Made by a program: the position numbers and the translations under genes
Part shown: positions 1 to 14,700 of the stretch, piece by piece
Layout of the letters: every line of letters starts with the position of its first letter
Numbering within the stretch: position 1 is the stretch's first letter
Notes under the pieces: model-generated
What the model saw: only the letters and a program-made list of their open reading frames with translations
The model's database searches: none
Told to the model about the DNA's origin: nothing
NCBI GenBank assembly: GCA_043228905.1
Contig: JBHGNT010000010.1
Span: 7,936,001-8,000,000 of the forward strand
Source of the DNA: Azolla caroliniana
Lineage: Eukaryota > Plantae > Polypodiophyta
Direction: 5' to 3'
DNA length: 64,000 nt

Positions 1-1360
1 GTGATCCATGAGACTAAAAGCTACATCTATGTGAATATTATAGGACGTCTTCTTAAATGAAGCAAATGAAACTGCATGTAAACTAGATTGGTCGCTGTAT
101 GTAACAGTAAGGTGTCTATGATTGAAGTACAAGTTGTGATGTAATATACAGGATACACAATATACAAAATAAATAAATTTGAGAGAGACAGGCCCTGAGC
201 AGATCAATCATTAACACTCAGTGGATGATGTTGTATGGTATCAATTTCATCCAGAGTCTGAACTGCAGGGGATTCTGTTTGGTCTCACGCATTGATACTC
301 TGAATTCTACAATGCAGGCAGCATCTTCAATGTGATGAACCATGTATACTGGGGTGCCTGGGTGGGCCAACTGAGTTGTATTTCCAAATTCGTTCCTAAA
401 TGGAAACATCAATGCACTGTGCAACAGAATTTTCTATGCTCAGTTTCAATCTGTATTTCTATATGAGATATTTGACATAATATCTCTATCCCCAGGTCAT
501 ATGATGAAATGAGATCTGTCAATGGTGCATCTAAATCTAATCTATGAGACAGGTGGATATCCATACATCAATGTATTTAGTTTAGGTAGACTTGTGGTGC
601 TAATCTAAGTCTCAAGAAATCCATCATACATAGATCTTTTGAATGTAACAGCTAATAGCTCTGTGATCTTACGCTGGGCATGTTTTTGTGGTGAAACTAT
701 ACAAAATGGGCCTGCATCTTTTCAAATTGTAATGTCCTGCCAAAGCTACACAGCTGGGGTGGATTAATGACTGTCGACCTTTCCCATGAGAGGCCCTATT
801 CTTTGTCTCCTTATTTCTAGAAGGAAAAGAGCCTAATTATTTTATTCCAGCACTCTAAGGAGGGTTCCAAATCCTTCTCTCGAGAGAATGGCATCTTCTT
901 TGATCTCATAATAGATTGGGCAATGATTTATACATAATGTCTGTCTGATTCAATTTCTTTGCTGGCAAAGCTGGCAGATGCAGTTTTATAAAGCTATATG
1001 TTTTTATCATTCATTCTCTATCCTGAGTTCATGAGGTGACGCCCAGACCTGTTGCATACCCTATCACTGTGCTAAGGACATGTGACACTTGCCTCCATAT
1101 ACTTTGCTTGAATAATGGAACCACGTGGGAACATATGTATGAAGAGGAATTATAGTTGACCATCTCTGTGTTTATTTGCACTTTCAGATTGATCCATGTT
1201 GGTTATGTATCAGCTCAGTGATACCTTTCCTGCCGATTCTATTTTTCTCTAATTTATGTCATATCCAAATATGCATAGTCAGCATTATACTCAAATGGTG
1301 GGAATGCATCCATTTATGTGCCATGTACTTGGAACCAATATTTTATTTATAAAGGTCAAC

Positions 1361-1860
1361 TATCGATTTCATCTTCCTATGGCATTTGTATATCTGATAA
1401 AGAGTCCACTGTGGATAGTGATGCCTAGGCAGTTCTAGATTCAATGTACACAAGGCACGACTTGAACAGTTGACACTATAACTATTGGAACTCAGTTCCA
1501 ACTATCTCATGTGATACTTAATATTTTCCTGCTGATCTTGCGAGACAACTTTCACAACTAATGACCTTTTGATGTTTCTCTTATCGATTTCATCTTCCTA
1601 TGGTAGTTGTTTATCTACGCAAGAGTCCACCATGGATAATGATGTGTAGGAAGTTCTAGATTCAAAGTATACAGGCACGATTTGAAAAGGTGCCACCATA
1701 ACTATTGGAACTCAGCTCTAACTATCTCATATGATGGCAAACTGTGGATAGTGAGGCCAGGTAGTTCCCAGATTCAATATATACAAGTCATTGCTTGAAA
1801 AAGTGCCTCTTTGACTATTGGGGCTGCTCCCAAATCATCTCAACTATCTCATGGGGTACT
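1361..1860. repeat. Degenerate tandem repeat of about 220 bp (two copies plus a partial third), probably in the long ZFWD intron
   Basis: tatcgatttcatcttcctatgg...ataactattggaactcag...aactatctcat at about 1362 and 1582; a partial copy actgtggatagtga... at 1741. Confidence 0.75.
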
Positions 1861-2997
1861 GATGTTTTGCTCCTTATGATGCAGGCAATAATTATAACCA
1901 GTGGCCTTTCTAGATTTCTTCAGTCTTTTGCATTGTCGAGACTTCGTTCCCATATCGCTGCTCCATATAGGAGCGTTGGTATGGCCAATGTTTTTAATTA
2001 TTGTCTGGTCTTGGAACTGTACATAAGCATGTTATTTCTCAAACGACACCAAAGGTGCATGGCATGGGAATTAAAGTTAGTGATTAGAATGATGCTAAAC
2101 ATTAATGAGATTTTGAAGGTAGTTGAAAAGCTTAATACAAAGATCTTATAACACTTATCCGGTTATAATGCATTGTCACTCTCCTTTCACAATCAATACA
2201 ACCGTCTTGTGTGGAGCACCCTAGTCAAAGTTTTCATGACTCCACTTCCCTATTCCATGAGTTACAATGAGATGGTCCTTAGAAATCCTCTCAAATAAAG
2301 GGGGATGCAGACTACATACATATTAATGAGCATTAAAATCCTGAAGTAAAATACAACAAGGTACAAGTACAAGATTTTATATCAGCTTTTAGGTTCGTTT
2401 CACATAAAATAAGAACAAGATAGGGGTAGCTTGTAATTATATGCGGTGTTGGGAAGACCAACGACATCCAGCCTAAAGCATCTATTGTTAGTTAGCTTTA
2501 ATAGGTTAGAATATTCAAGATGTCCTGAGAAAGGTTTGGAAGGAGAAATGGGCTTTGTTAATGTGACCCCAAAATATGCATATGACATTACTGCACTGGC
2601 TGCTATTACATAGATTCTGATGGTCCAATCTGTTCATCCATGAGTTGTATAAAAATGGTAATCTTGGTCTTACCAATATTCACAAAGAGTAGTTCTTCAC
2701 AAAATGCATGTAGATCATTGCGATGTTTATGAAGGCCCTTTAGCATTTAAGATCAAGATAGTATCGTCTGCATGTAGAAGTATGGTATTAGTACTCTGAC
2801 AAGACTTGCACCAGTTTCACGTAATCTATATATGTTATCTGAAATCTCATCATTGTAAAGCCCAAAAAGAGTGGATGATAAAGGGTTTCCTTGTTACCCT
2901 AATGATGTAGGCCGTGTACTGGTCAGCTTGTTTGGTACTCTCCTTTTAAGGTCTGCATCTTTCCTGTCACTGATTCATAAGAGTGTGCAAATCCCCA

Positions 2998-3250
2998 ACT
3001 GCATATCCTTTTGGTGCCTCAATAGTTTGCAGTTGCTACATGAGTTTAGCTCTTGGCAGTGTGTCATAGCGAAACATGTGTAAGAAGCTTCCAAAGTTCA
3101 GTAAAATTCCAATTGGACCACCAAATTTGGAACATTGCATATCCTCTTGGTGCCTCAATAATTTCCTGTCATTGCATGAGTTTAGTGCATGGCGGTGCAT
3201 CATAGTGAAACTGTGTAAGAAACATTCCAAGGGTTGTAAAATTCCAATTG
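2998..3250. repeat. Degenerate two-copy tandem duplication of about 136 bp
   Basis: tgcatatcc(t/c)ttggtgcctcaata...catgagtttag...tgtgtaagaa at about 3000 and 3136. Confidence 0.65.
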
Positions 3251-4525
3251 AACATGTGCGTACCTTCCAACACCGGAGAAGTTTTGTGTAAAGCATGAAA
3301 GGTCTACATAAGATATTCAACAATAATTAATTGTAGGCATATTCAACTCAAGGTAAATAGCCCTCCCAAATTTCTTTATACTCTGAAACATGGCATTTGA
3401 GCAAATTCAAAATAGTAAAATTGGTTTCTTCTGATTGTCTATCTGTTTGTAAATAGTTTGTGAGCAAATCCAAAATAGTAGAATTGTCCTTTTCTGACTA
3501 TCCTTCTGTTTGTTGATGAATAGAAGATAACAACCACTTAAAGGTAGTATGCATGTTCTCAAATAAATCCCTCCAAAATAGACTTGTTATCCATGGTTCT
3601 TGGTCAGTGACTGTAACAACTGTATCCCATGGTACTTGAAGATATTATGTATAAACACTCTGATCATGTGTTATGGCCTTGCGAACTAGCTACTTATGGT
3701 AGCTCATATCGCATCATTTCCTGTTTGTGATCTCAGAAAATAAAAAATAGCCATGCTTTCACATTTTTCATTTGGAATTGGTAAATGCTGCAATGATCCT
3801 GATTTTTTTCCTATGATATTTTACTTTTTGACAAATTATGCATGTTCTTATGAATGTTTTAACATCCTGATATATAACTTCCCAACAAATAAAGTCTCGA
3901 CTTTTTTCACTGTGGTGTCAATTCCATGGTATCCTGCATAAGATGAACCAAGATTGCAACCAAAACTTTAGGCCTTAATTAATCCGTGAGACATACATTT
4001 CCATGTGCCACAAGAAACTTATCTTTGAGGTTACAATACTCATGGTGCTATCAACGAGCTAGCTGGTCATATGTTCATCGAAAATCATCACCCTGTGCAT
4101 ATTTCTCCTTCATATTCATCTACTCGGGATGATAGGCTATAGACACTGGTGATATGTGTCGTCTTCTTGATAATTTATCAGCTACTACATGCACAATTTG
4201 AAAGTGAAACGTTGGCAAGAAATTTATCCATCACATGCACTTTCTAGATAATTTTGCCCATGTGAGAAAATATTATTAACTTTGATGATGTATCGACCCT
4301 ATAAAATCAGTACCTAGGAGGTAATGTTTCCAGCTGGAAAGATTGTGAATTGTGGGTGATAGTTTTTTAAAATTAACCTGGTAAACTGGCTGAGGCTGTG
4401 AAAATGCTCTTCTCCTGTATGATACTACTCAGCAAATCTGCATTAAAGCAACATTAATGCTGTTGCCGCATACATAAATCTAACCAGATGTAGCTTTGCA
4501 AGATCTGATAGTTTTAGAAGTAGTT

Positions 4526-4527
<2 letters not shown>

Positions 4528-4557
<30 letters not shown>
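4528..4557. repeat. (GA)n microsatellite; a second one lies at 5232-5256
   Basis: Direct reading. Confidence 0.95.
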
Positions 4558-4559
<2 letters not shown>

Positions 4560-4569
4560 TAGTGCTGGT

Positions 4570-5184
4570 TACCAATGGGAATGGTTTCGGCTCAAATCGA
4601 ACCAAACCGTTAAGCTGTGGTTTAACGGTTTATTGGTTTCAAAAAAATTTAATGGTTTGGTTTGTTTGTTTGGATTGTTAATAAACGGTTCGGTTTTGGT
4701 TCGATTTGGTTTTAGAACTCGGGTTTATAGGTTTAAATGGTTTGGTTTAAAGGTTTTGTTGGTTTTTGGTTAACTTTTTTTTTCACCTTAATAGTTTATT
4801 AATTTAATGGTTTAATTAATGGTTTTTTATTGATTTGATTAATTTATCTTAAATGCTTATTTAATTTAATGGTTTAATTAAAGTTTCTTTTATTGATTTA
4901 ATCAATTGAACTTAAATGCTTATTTAATTTAATGTATTTTTATTTATTTAAAATTTTAATTAGTTTGACTTAAATGCTTAGGTTTAAATTTTTTATTAAA
5001 TGGTTTGTTTTGGTTTCAACTTTTCCCTAAATGGTTTGGGTTTACCTTTTCGTGAACAGTTTGGTTTAAATGGCTTGAGAGTTCATAAATGGTTTGGTTT
5101 GGTTTTTGTTTTATATAAATGGTTCGGTTTGGTTTCTTTGCTTTGGAACCAAACCGAACCAAAACTGAACTGTGCCCATTGCTA
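4570..5184 (+). mobile_element. hAT-type MITE in the ZFWD intron
   Basis: Ends TA(C)CAATGGG ... CCCATTGCTA; 8-bp TSD gtgctggt/gtgctagt; subterminal AAACC(G/A) arrays; AT-rich core; homologous to 34209-34764 and 42980-43628. Confidence 0.85.
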
Positions 5185-5270
5185 GTGCTAGTAGTGTAAA
5201 CGACGTACCACTAGGGTAAGCTAATTACAATAGAGAGAGAGAGAGAGAGAGAGAGATGTTGTCATTGCAG

Positions 5271-7572
5271 TGTTCCACTACAGTGTCAGTGGGAGGCGAT
5301 GTTGGTTGTCTTCTTGCAGAATCTGGCTGGCTTTTTATTGGCATTCCAAATGAAGTGAAGGTATCAACTTGTTGATCAATTCACTGACATCTATGTATAA
5401 TTTTGCACACCCAATATGATGGGACATTCATGCACAAATTTTTCAGGCATTAAATCTGCAGACTAACTCAGAGCAAAGGTTGGAAGGCCCAAAGGGTCAA
5501 GTCCATGCTTTGGCAGTCTTCAATGATATGCTTCTAGCTGGTGCTCATGTATGTTTCTTTTGGGCTGCCATAATTTTAAATTTCTTGCCAATGGGTTTTC
5601 TTATTTTCAGACCGCAACATGTAGCTTAGTATTTAAGGCTGATGTGGAAATTGATTTATTTGTAGGATGGGAATATATTAGCTTGGAAATTCAATGTAAT
5701 TGCGAACATGTTTCAACCTGCGGCGACTTTGTGGGGTCATGCTGGAGGAGTTCTTACCTTGGAAGTTGCAGATGGAAGGTTGTACTCTGGGTCAATGGAT
5801 AACACAATCAAGGTATTACTTTGTAAGCTATGTGCAAATGTGCATAAATAGTTGCTTTATAGTATTTTTTGTACTTTTGCATATAGTTAAAACAGTTTGT
5901 CATGTTGGGAAGGATGTCATTCTATATATGTATATGAAGGGTCGGGAATGTAATTTTAATTTTCCTTTTTCTATGACTATTTACTGTCAAAATGTAGTGA
6001 AATGATGATAATGTTAATATTTTTTGTAAATTCAGAAATGATATCAAAACAGTTTATAGGAACTTGTGCTATTGATAGAAAACAAAATGCGTGTCCTGCT
6101 GCAGACAGGTGGTGAAGCCTTTAACAAACTTTACTTATTTTGTAAAACCCAAGAGGAGACCACATATTAGTTGTCTCATAGCCCATCTATATGTCCCTTA
6201 GAGACAATAATAGATCATTAATAAAGAAGTCAATTTCCATCTTAACGTGAACTAATAGTTTCAAATGGATGTGCTGAAATAGGTTTGGGATTTGAATACC
6301 GGCCATTGTATACATACATTGCAAGCACATACAAATGTTGTTATGGGACTCCTCTGCTGGAATCAGTATCTGATTTCTGGATCTCTGGATGGCACTGTGA
6401 AAGTAAGATTTTGCTATACTATTCTTGGGTAAAACTGGGTTTTGAACTTCACTAAATTAGTATTTCGAGACTTCTCATTTTCAGGTATGGACTCCAAATC
6501 AGAGTGGAACTTATGAGGTCCATTTTACCTATCCAAAAGATTCTGGAACTACTGAGAATATGGATGTGAGTTAACTTTGAGCCACTATCATTTTTCTCAT
6601 TTATCTTTGAGTTAATTTTTTCTTGTTTTTATAGCAATTGATCAGAGGGTTTTTATAGCTAAATCCAATGCAGGATAATAGTTTACAGTTAAGATTCAAG
6701 GGGTAGTGACATGCTGCGGTCATGGATGTTTGGTTACTATGACTTAGCCCACCAGATACCTATTATTTTCACAGTATGGATACCATGTGATTTATCAGAA
6801 AGTTTGGTACAATACGACAAACAGAGCATATTTTGGCTTTGAACATGATCGCGATGACTTACTAACAGTTAACATCTAAAGTTGCTGCTTAGATGTGGCA
6901 GTCTTAGAGGCGTATGTGGGGACAGTATTTGTAGCTAGTGTTGATTATGAAGCTCTATGTTGGTTAGTTGGAATCAAACTTGATAGAAATGTGGCCATGT
7001 TCCTGCCGGACTAGTTGTTATAAATATCATAAAGGCACTTGGCACATTGAAATGAAAATGTGGCCATGTTCCTGCCGGACTAGTTGTTAATGATGTCTGA
7101 TGCTTTTCACTATATGAATTTTTTTTCCCTAGTTCAGTCTGTGGATGATTCAAGTTTGTAAATTATTTGTAGATATTCATTCTTTCGGATTTGTAGGTTC
7201 ACCTTCAATGTAATTCAGGCTTATCCCAAAGGTTTTTGTTTTATCCAGGGAGTTCTAGCATTTTGTGGCTTTGTGGACAACCAGAACAAGCATATACTGC
7301 TATGCTCATTAAATGATAATACTGTTCGCATTTTGGAGTTGCCATCGTATGTGTGGAATATATATGCATATACCTAACATTTCTTGAAGGTTGTAAATAA
7401 AACCAATTTGTAAAAGTATATGATGAGGTTTGCCAATGCATGAAACAGGTTTACAGAGAGAGGGATCCTATACTCAAAAGATGAGGTTCGAGCACTTCAT
7501 GTGGGACCTGGTGGATTAATTTTCTCTGGAGACAATGCTGGGGGTGTCAAAGTATGGAAGTGGGCACCATAG
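5271..7572 (+). CDS. ZFWD: 3' part (7 exons) of a CCCH zinc finger/WD40-repeat protein of the ZFWD family; exons 5271-5360, 5447-5548, 5666-5812, 6283-6402, 6485-6565, 7249-7346, 7449-7572; 5' exons presumably upstream of the window
   Basis: All introns are GT-AG and in phase. The spliced product reads CSTTVSVGGDVGCLLAESGWLFIGIPNEVK/ALNLQ...LAGAH/DGNILAW...GHAGGVLTLEVADGRLYSGSMDNTIK/VWDLNTG...SGSLDGTVK/VW.../GVLAFCG...ILELPS/FTERGILYSKDEVRAL...GDNAGGVKVWKWAP*. These are WD40 repeats with a ZFWD-type C-terminus. The zinc finger itself is not in the window. Confidence 0.88.
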
Positions 7573-9295
7573 TTTGCAATAAAAACAAGATTTTTCAGTG
7601 TTAGTAAGTTAACAAAGTGGCCATATGCCACACTGATACATGGACTGCTGCACTTTACTTCCTAGCTTCCAAGTAGGAAGATAAATTGTGTCTGGAATAG
7701 TTTTGGCAAGTGAAATATTGAGGACCAGGAGATGATGCGAAATAGTGGTGAATCTCTAAGAGTTGGTCACTTGGTATACGGGACTTTGTTGCAGCAGACA
7801 ATGTGTTGGTCTTAGCATGTTGCTGGAAAGTTGCGGCTTCATATAAATAGGACACCTTGAAGCTAAGCCTCGATATTAAATGGGTTGGTTGATCTTTCTG
7901 TTGTGTGTTATGAACACTTAAAGCACTTCATCCTTTCAGCATGAATGGTATACATTTTCAAACAGAATGATATGCCATTTGGAGGCATTGGAAGTTTTTC
8001 CGGAGTTCCATTGTAATGTGATATGGTTTTCTGATAGTATGCTTTCGAAACCAAACCTCAGCTTATAAAAAGCCGGTTCAGTTTCTAGGCTTGTATGACT
8101 TGATTTTTTTTATTCATTACATTGGAGTCACATGTTATCAATAGACTTCTAGTCATGACCACCATAGCTAGCTATTGTAAACCTCTTGGTGTACCTTCAA
8201 TTTTGTGGCTATATAATTTACTGGTCCTTGTCTTACTTGTAATTTGTTCTCTTCTGTTCCATCCAACCTGGAAGTCCCAACTAAAAATAGGATTAGGCAT
8301 TTGATCGGCATTCTTTGGAAGGAATACTGAATATAACTAAACATGAATGGCAACTGAAGGAATGATATGGAAGTATCGTTACAATGCATGTGAGATGGTT
8401 AAAACCAAAAAAAGAGTAAGAGAATTGTAAGCCATTATTTCTATGAGAATCGTAAGTTATTATTTCAATGCTTTTTGTGACATGTTTCATACAAGACACT
8501 ATTCTTAAAACCTTTTGTGTTTTCATTGCTGTCCATTTGAGATCCTTAAACGAAGCAATTCTGGGATCCATTGTTTCTTGTGATGAGGTCTGAGTGTAAA
8601 TTTGTGAATGCCGTATGGTTGTGTAGGACCATTTATTTACTATTATTATATTGGGGAAAATTTAATGTATACTGAATAGGAACATGTTTTGTTATAAGAC
8701 ATACTTATTAGCACTACATATACTCATCCTGGATGAGAATGTCATCGATACACTATTATCTGGAACAAAATTTGCTGTTCCTTCTATGCAAATTTCAGAT
8801 TGCATTCATTCAATGCTATCTTCAGATTACATTCTCCAACAGTCCGATTGCTAACTATTTTGATGACCCTGTGAGATCAGTGAGACCAAATGATTTGGAT
8901 GAAATTTAATGGGGACAAAATAAAGATATTGAAGAATGTTGCTATGAGAGAATTTATATTTATCTGATTCAAACGTCTGCACAAGGATTTTTGCTGCTGT
9001 TAGGGAAAGGTGGTATCCTTCAGTAAAGGCGGAGAGTAGGTGCGTGCATTGAAGCTTAGGTTGTTGGAACAAGAACTGGTCTTATATCTTGGTCGTCTTT
9101 TGGAGCATAGAAAGTTTGCGAAAGCAAGCCAATCCTTGATTACTTGATGGTTGAAAACATTGTCACCTTGCTGTTAGAGTATAGAAGTTTCAAATTTAGT
9201 AGAAGAAAAGGATTAATGATGGCGAAGATTTAAAGATCCGTGCTTTTTTTATATTTATGGATGGTCAAAAACAAAATGAATGCATAACGGGAAAA

Positions 9296-9366
9296 TGCAC
9301 TGGCCGGGAATCGAACCCGGGTCTGTACCGTGGCAGGGTACTATTCTACCACTAGACCACCAGTGC
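9296..9366 (-). tRNA. trnG-GCC: tRNA-Gly(GCC)
   Basis: Reverse complement GCACTGGTGGTCTAGTGGTAGAATAGTACCCTGCCACGGTACAGACCCGGGTTCGATTCCCGGCCAGTGCA gives a complete cloverleaf with anticodon GCC, followed directly by a TTTT terminator. Confidence 0.97.
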
Positions 9367-9384
9367 TTTATGGTACCCTCATCA

Positions 9385-9587
9385 CAAATTGCACTATATT
9401 TTAAGTATATAAAAAAACAAGTGATATTCATTCTTTGCTATGCCTTCATCACAAAACCTTACACGTCCCTATATTTTATTCATTACATATTTTGCAAATT
9501 GCACTATATGTTGAGCATGTAAAAAACAAGTGATATTCATTCTCTGCTATGCCTTCATCACAAAACCTTACACGTCCCTATATTTTA
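9385..9587. repeat. 110-bp two-copy tandem duplication in the tRNA upstream region
   Basis: caaattgcactata...acacgtccctatatttta at 9385 and 9495. Confidence 0.85.
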
Positions 9588-10225
9588 CACATTTTTATGC
9601 CATAATGTAACTTCAATGTCTACCTTTGTGTGATTGAGTGTGAGGGCTCTCTGAGAATTAATTCTCATTTTGGTAGAGAGGCAAGGTTGAATATCATCAA
9701 TAGTAATTCTTGCCTTATATTGCGCCCAATGTTCAGCTGGATGTTTACAATGTAATATTCTAACTTTTTCCTTTTTAATATCTTCCCGCTACTTCCTTAC
9801 CTTTTGTCAATAATTACATATTGCATAAGCATCACTTGAAAGCTCTAAGAGATCTTCCACGCCCATCTTTTTAACCGTTTTTTATGTCACCTCCTTGAAT
9901 TTTCTAATGCCAATATCTTTATGGGTTGAACACTTGTTTCATAGAGGAGGTGGTGAATTTAGCTCTCAATTGATTCCTTAAAAATATCTTTTGACTCTTC
10001 CCAATCTCATTCCATGCCTTACGAGGGATAATGTCACCCCACACTTCTATTCCATAATCAAGATTTGAGTTACCATGGCATTAAATAATATTGGTTTCAC
10101 TTCCCATCCATGAGTATCACTTTAATCAATGTATTGCTTGTCCAACATATAATAATTTTTTATATGAGCGTGAACCCTACACTCAAAGCATACACTTCAT
10201 TTATTTAGAGTGGGTATATGAATAC

Positions 10226-10645
10226 CAAGACACTTAAAGCTTTGCACAAATTGTACATGGTCTCCTTTATATATAAGTATAGGGGATGAGCATGTTCCAA
10301 CATGTTCATTATTTTCTATGTGTATAATCTATCAAGTGGCAAAAGCCATGTTCTTATGCTAGAAAAGTTTATGTATATATTAACATACATGATTTTAGGT
10401 GCATAAATGGGAGCAATCCATGAGAACTTTATGAATAGCAAGACAATTAAAACTTTGCACAAATTTTACATTGTCTCCCTTATATGTAAACATAGGGTAT
10501 GAGCATGTTCCAACATGTTCATTATTTTCGATGTGTATGATCTATCAAGTGGTAGAAACCATATTCTTATGCTATAAATGTTTATATTTATATTAACATA
10601 CATGCTTTTAGGTGCATAAATGGGAGCAATCCATGAGAACTTCAT
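10226..10645. repeat. 213-bp two-copy tandem duplication
   Basis: caagaca.ttaaa.ctttgcacaaatt...gggagcaatccatgagaactt at 10226 and 10439. Confidence 0.85.
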
Positions 10646-11146
10646 AAAGTATGCCTTACTTCAAAAGGAACTTTACATCCATCATACGAGAGAATATATG
10701 ATTATTGTTTGGTTATTGTGGAAAATAATGGGTATTTAGTCATGGTAAGAAAAGATTGAGCAATTTATGAATGTGAGAATCCCTTTTTGGTGTTAAAAGT
10801 TTGAAGGAACACAACCTACCTATAGATATATTTATTCTACACTTATTATTGAGTTTAAATATTTGTGTTATGTCACAAAGGATGCTTCTCATGTAGTTTA
10901 ATGTTTTTGTTTGATGCCTTGGTGGCTTTTCGTCAATCATAGCATGCTTGAGCATCAATTGTTGTGTTTTGCCCTTTGATCATGGAGATGAAGAATAGTT
11001 AGCTTCTAGCCCATTACCATACATGAAGATGCATGTTTGTACACACACCAACACAACATATATATGTGTTTGCATGCACTAATCACATTTTTGTATCTAT
11101 TAGAAAAATGAATATATAGGGCGAAAAGAGTTTGATAAAGATTAAT

Positions 11147-11606
11147 TGTTGAGAATCAAGTTCAACCTAACATTGTGTGTGAACACACCCTTCAAGAATC
11201 TATGAGCACTCAAAGGTCAAGAGTCACACCACTCTACACATTAACTATGTGTTATAGAATCATATGCAATGACATGTAACTAATGAGTTCCATATCGCCC
11301 CATGACTAATGAGTCTTCACATTCCCCAAGAGAGAGTGGTTGTTATAGTTAGTTAATAAAGAGAGAGGGTGACTATATATATAAAGCACCCTCCTCTTAC
11401 TTCATACTAATTCAGTTGTGACTCCTTGTAATGCTACCTTTTATATTTGTTATTCTCCTTGTTAATATACACCTTCTCCTTGAGTACTTCATTTTTCTTT
11501 CACCTATTCATCTTGTGTTTTCTCTTCTCTCATCTCTTTCCTCTCACACATATAGACATAACACACATCTCTTCCACTACACAAGAAACATATCCGATTC
11601 TTTACA
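11147..11606 (+). repeat. 5' LTR of Copia A
   Basis: TG...CA ends; TATA at about 11375; matches 24394-24853 with several percent divergence. Confidence 0.92.
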
Positions 11607-11761
11607 TGGTATCAGAATGATTTGGTAGCTCGATCTAGCTCATCCACGTGTGTTGTGTCCTACGCTGACGTTCAAGAAGAACCGGTTCATTGCTATCGTT
11701 GTGCGACTACATAGCTCATGTTCGAGAGAGAAGGAAAAGAAGAAGGAAATCTTCATCAACA

Positions 11762-14700
11762 ATGAATACTCAAATGGGGAGCGCTCTCCCTAGCGAGAAG
11801 TTAGATAGAAACAACTTTGCATCTTGGAGTACAAGATGCACCAATACCTTGTTGTTCAAGGATATTGGAGCTACATCAAAGGAGCACAAGAAAATCGACC
11901 CAACCCAAAAGACGCTGACTACTCAACATGGGAACAAGCGGCAAGTCGTTTGATGTATTGCTTGGCGACATGTGTTCATGACCACATACTTGGCCACATT
12001 CGAGAAGTTGAGACGTCAAAGGAAGCATGGGAGAATCTCAAGAAAATATTCTCTGCCAACACGACGACACGAAAGCTTCAACTCTGCCAAGAGTTGAACA
12101 ACATCCAACAAAGGGATATGTCCATCACAAGCTACACCTTGAAGATCAATGAGCTTTGTGACTCGCTCGGCTCGATAAGCGTCAATGTGGAGGATGATGA
12201 GATGGTGCAAATATGCCTCAACGGCCTTGCACCACGGTTCGGCGTGATGAGAACCGTTGTACTAGCACGGGAGAATCCTCCCTCTTTCTTCGATCTTCAA
12301 TCCATGTTGTTGGTTGAAGAAAACCATGTTCAAACAAGGAGCAACACCTCGGAAGGCCACATGCTCTACACACATTCAAACGGCAGAAGAGGACGCGGCC
12401 GAGCAAGAGGCCGATTCAGCCAAGGACGAGGCGGACGAGGTCCGACTTACGAAAACAACTCCCAATTTCGACAACAAGACGGAAGCCATCCAAGCAGCTT
12501 CTGAAGAAGGGGGAGCTTCCATTTCGATCTAAGCCGACAAAACTCAATCGAATGTGGATATTGCGGCAAAATTGGCCACCACGAAGAAGAGTGCCGAAAG
12601 AAGAAGCACAAATCGGCTTCCACTAGCCAGCAACTAACCAACTACACCACAAATGCTAACTATGAAGACCATGGCGAAATGTTCATGATGAGACATAGAC
12701 AAATTCTATGTTGGCCTCTACTTCGAATAGTGCCTCTAGTTCAGAAGACATATGGTTCATCGACTCCGGTGCCTCGAACCATATGACGTCTCATCAAGAA
12801 TGGTTTGGAGAACTTCGAGAGCCGGATCGACCAGGCTATGTCGAGACCAAAGACGACACTCCTCATCTGATTCGGCACATCAGCAATGTTCCATTCGAAA
12901 AAGAAGGTAACCAAACTTACATAAAGAATGTCTTGCATGTACCAACCATTACAAAGAATTTGGTCTCCGCTGACCAAATTGTTGAGCAAGGAATGCAAGT
13001 TCGATTTAATCAAGGCGGTTGTGTAATTGAGAAAGAGGGTCGACTCATCGCCCATGGACGAAGAGAGGGACGAATGTTCATTCTCGACTTGCACGAGATG
13101 AAATCAACCATGCTTGCAAAAGGCACCAAAGCCGACATCGACATAGAGTTGTGGCACAAGCAGATTGGCCACATCAACCTCCAAAAGCTCAAGGCAATGC
13201 AATTGAAAGGAGTCGTCATCGAACTCCTTCATCGAGAAAGAGGGTCGACTCATCGCCCATGGACGAAGAGAGGGCCGAATGTTCATTCTCAACTCACACG
13301 AGATGAAATCAGCCATGTTTGCAAAAGGCACCAAAGCCGACACCGACATAGAGTTGTGGCACAAGCAGATTGGCCACATCAACCTCCAAAAGCTCAAGGC
13401 AATGCAATTGAAAGGAGTCGTCATTGGACTCCCGAATTTCAAAGAGAAAGAGATTGAAGGCTTATGTGCAACTTGCCAATTCGGCAAGCAACATCGGCAC
13501 CCGTTTCCGACGGAGAGGAACTAAGCAAAGGCGTACTCGATGTAATTCATTCTGATGTATGGGAACCAACTCAAACGGCTACATTCGGCGGATGCCGATA
13601 CTACGTGGCCTTCATCGACGACTTCTCTAGGCACACCTGGATCTACCCCATGCGACAAAAGAGCGAAGTGTTCAGACACTTCCAAAAATTCAAGAGTAGA
13701 GTCGAAAAGGAAACAGGTCAACATGTACGATGTCTTCGATCCGATTGAGGAAAAGAGTATTTCTCTGACGAATTCTCAACTTTTCTTCAGAAAGAAGGAA
13801 TTTGGTGAGAGTTTTCGTGCTGACATACGCCACAACAAAACAGAGGAGCCGAACGAAAGAATCGGCACATCCTCGAAGAAGCATGGGCCATTCTTAACGA
13901 GAAGCACATGCCGAAGTCGTACGGGCAGAAGCCGCCAACACGGTCGTCTACCTAATGAACTGGTGTACAACATTCAATGTGCATGAGGTTACCCCACATG
14001 AGAAGTTTTTCGGAAAGAATTCAGATCTATCACATGTTCGGATATTCAGCTCCATTGCATATGTGCACATCCTTGATGAGAAGCGACAAAAGCTCGACCC
14101 GAAGTCAGAGAAATGTATCCTCGTAGGATATTGTTAAGAATTAGGTAATTAAGCAAGGGGTTAATAAGTACCTAATTATGTGAGTAGTTGATAAGCGGAA
14201 GATTAAGTCATATGTGTGTGTATGTGTGTGAGAGGAGGAGAGAGAGAGGAAGTTAACACTTATGAACAACACAAGATGGGGGATGAGTAACTATATTAGA
14301 AAGCATCATCATCATCAAATACAAAAATACCTACAATGAGGTATATATAGATCTCATGTGCAAGGGTGCACATGTTTGAGGATAATATAGGTACAAAAGT
14401 GTAAGTCCTATATTAAATGTATACTTAGGAGTGGAGGATCTAGAATATCCCACTTAAGTACAAGGTCCTATTTAAGGCGTTATAATCAACATTTCTAACT
14501 AGATTCTATCTAGGTAACTACGAAGTTACATGGTTGACTAAATAACTAAACTAAGTTGAGCTTGATCTCTCAACAGATACTCATTGGAGAAAAAGGGGTA
14601 CAAGTGCTATAACCCCTCGACTCGGAAGGTTCGTGTGAGTCGAGATGTTGTCTTCGACGAATCGGCATCATGGCACGAACCCGGGCTGACTCCTCTTGAA

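Noticed and set aside
218-550. Box C/D-like words (ATGATGA, CTGA) in the intron; similar words near 29435-29480
   Set aside because: Spacing is too short, and no convincing rRNA-complementary guide was recognised.
1885-1978. Possible 94-nt AG/GT-bounded exon in the ZFWD intron (within ORF 1795-2151)
   Set aside because: No WD40 or CCCH similarity in the translation and the length would shift the frame; cannot be supported without transcripts.
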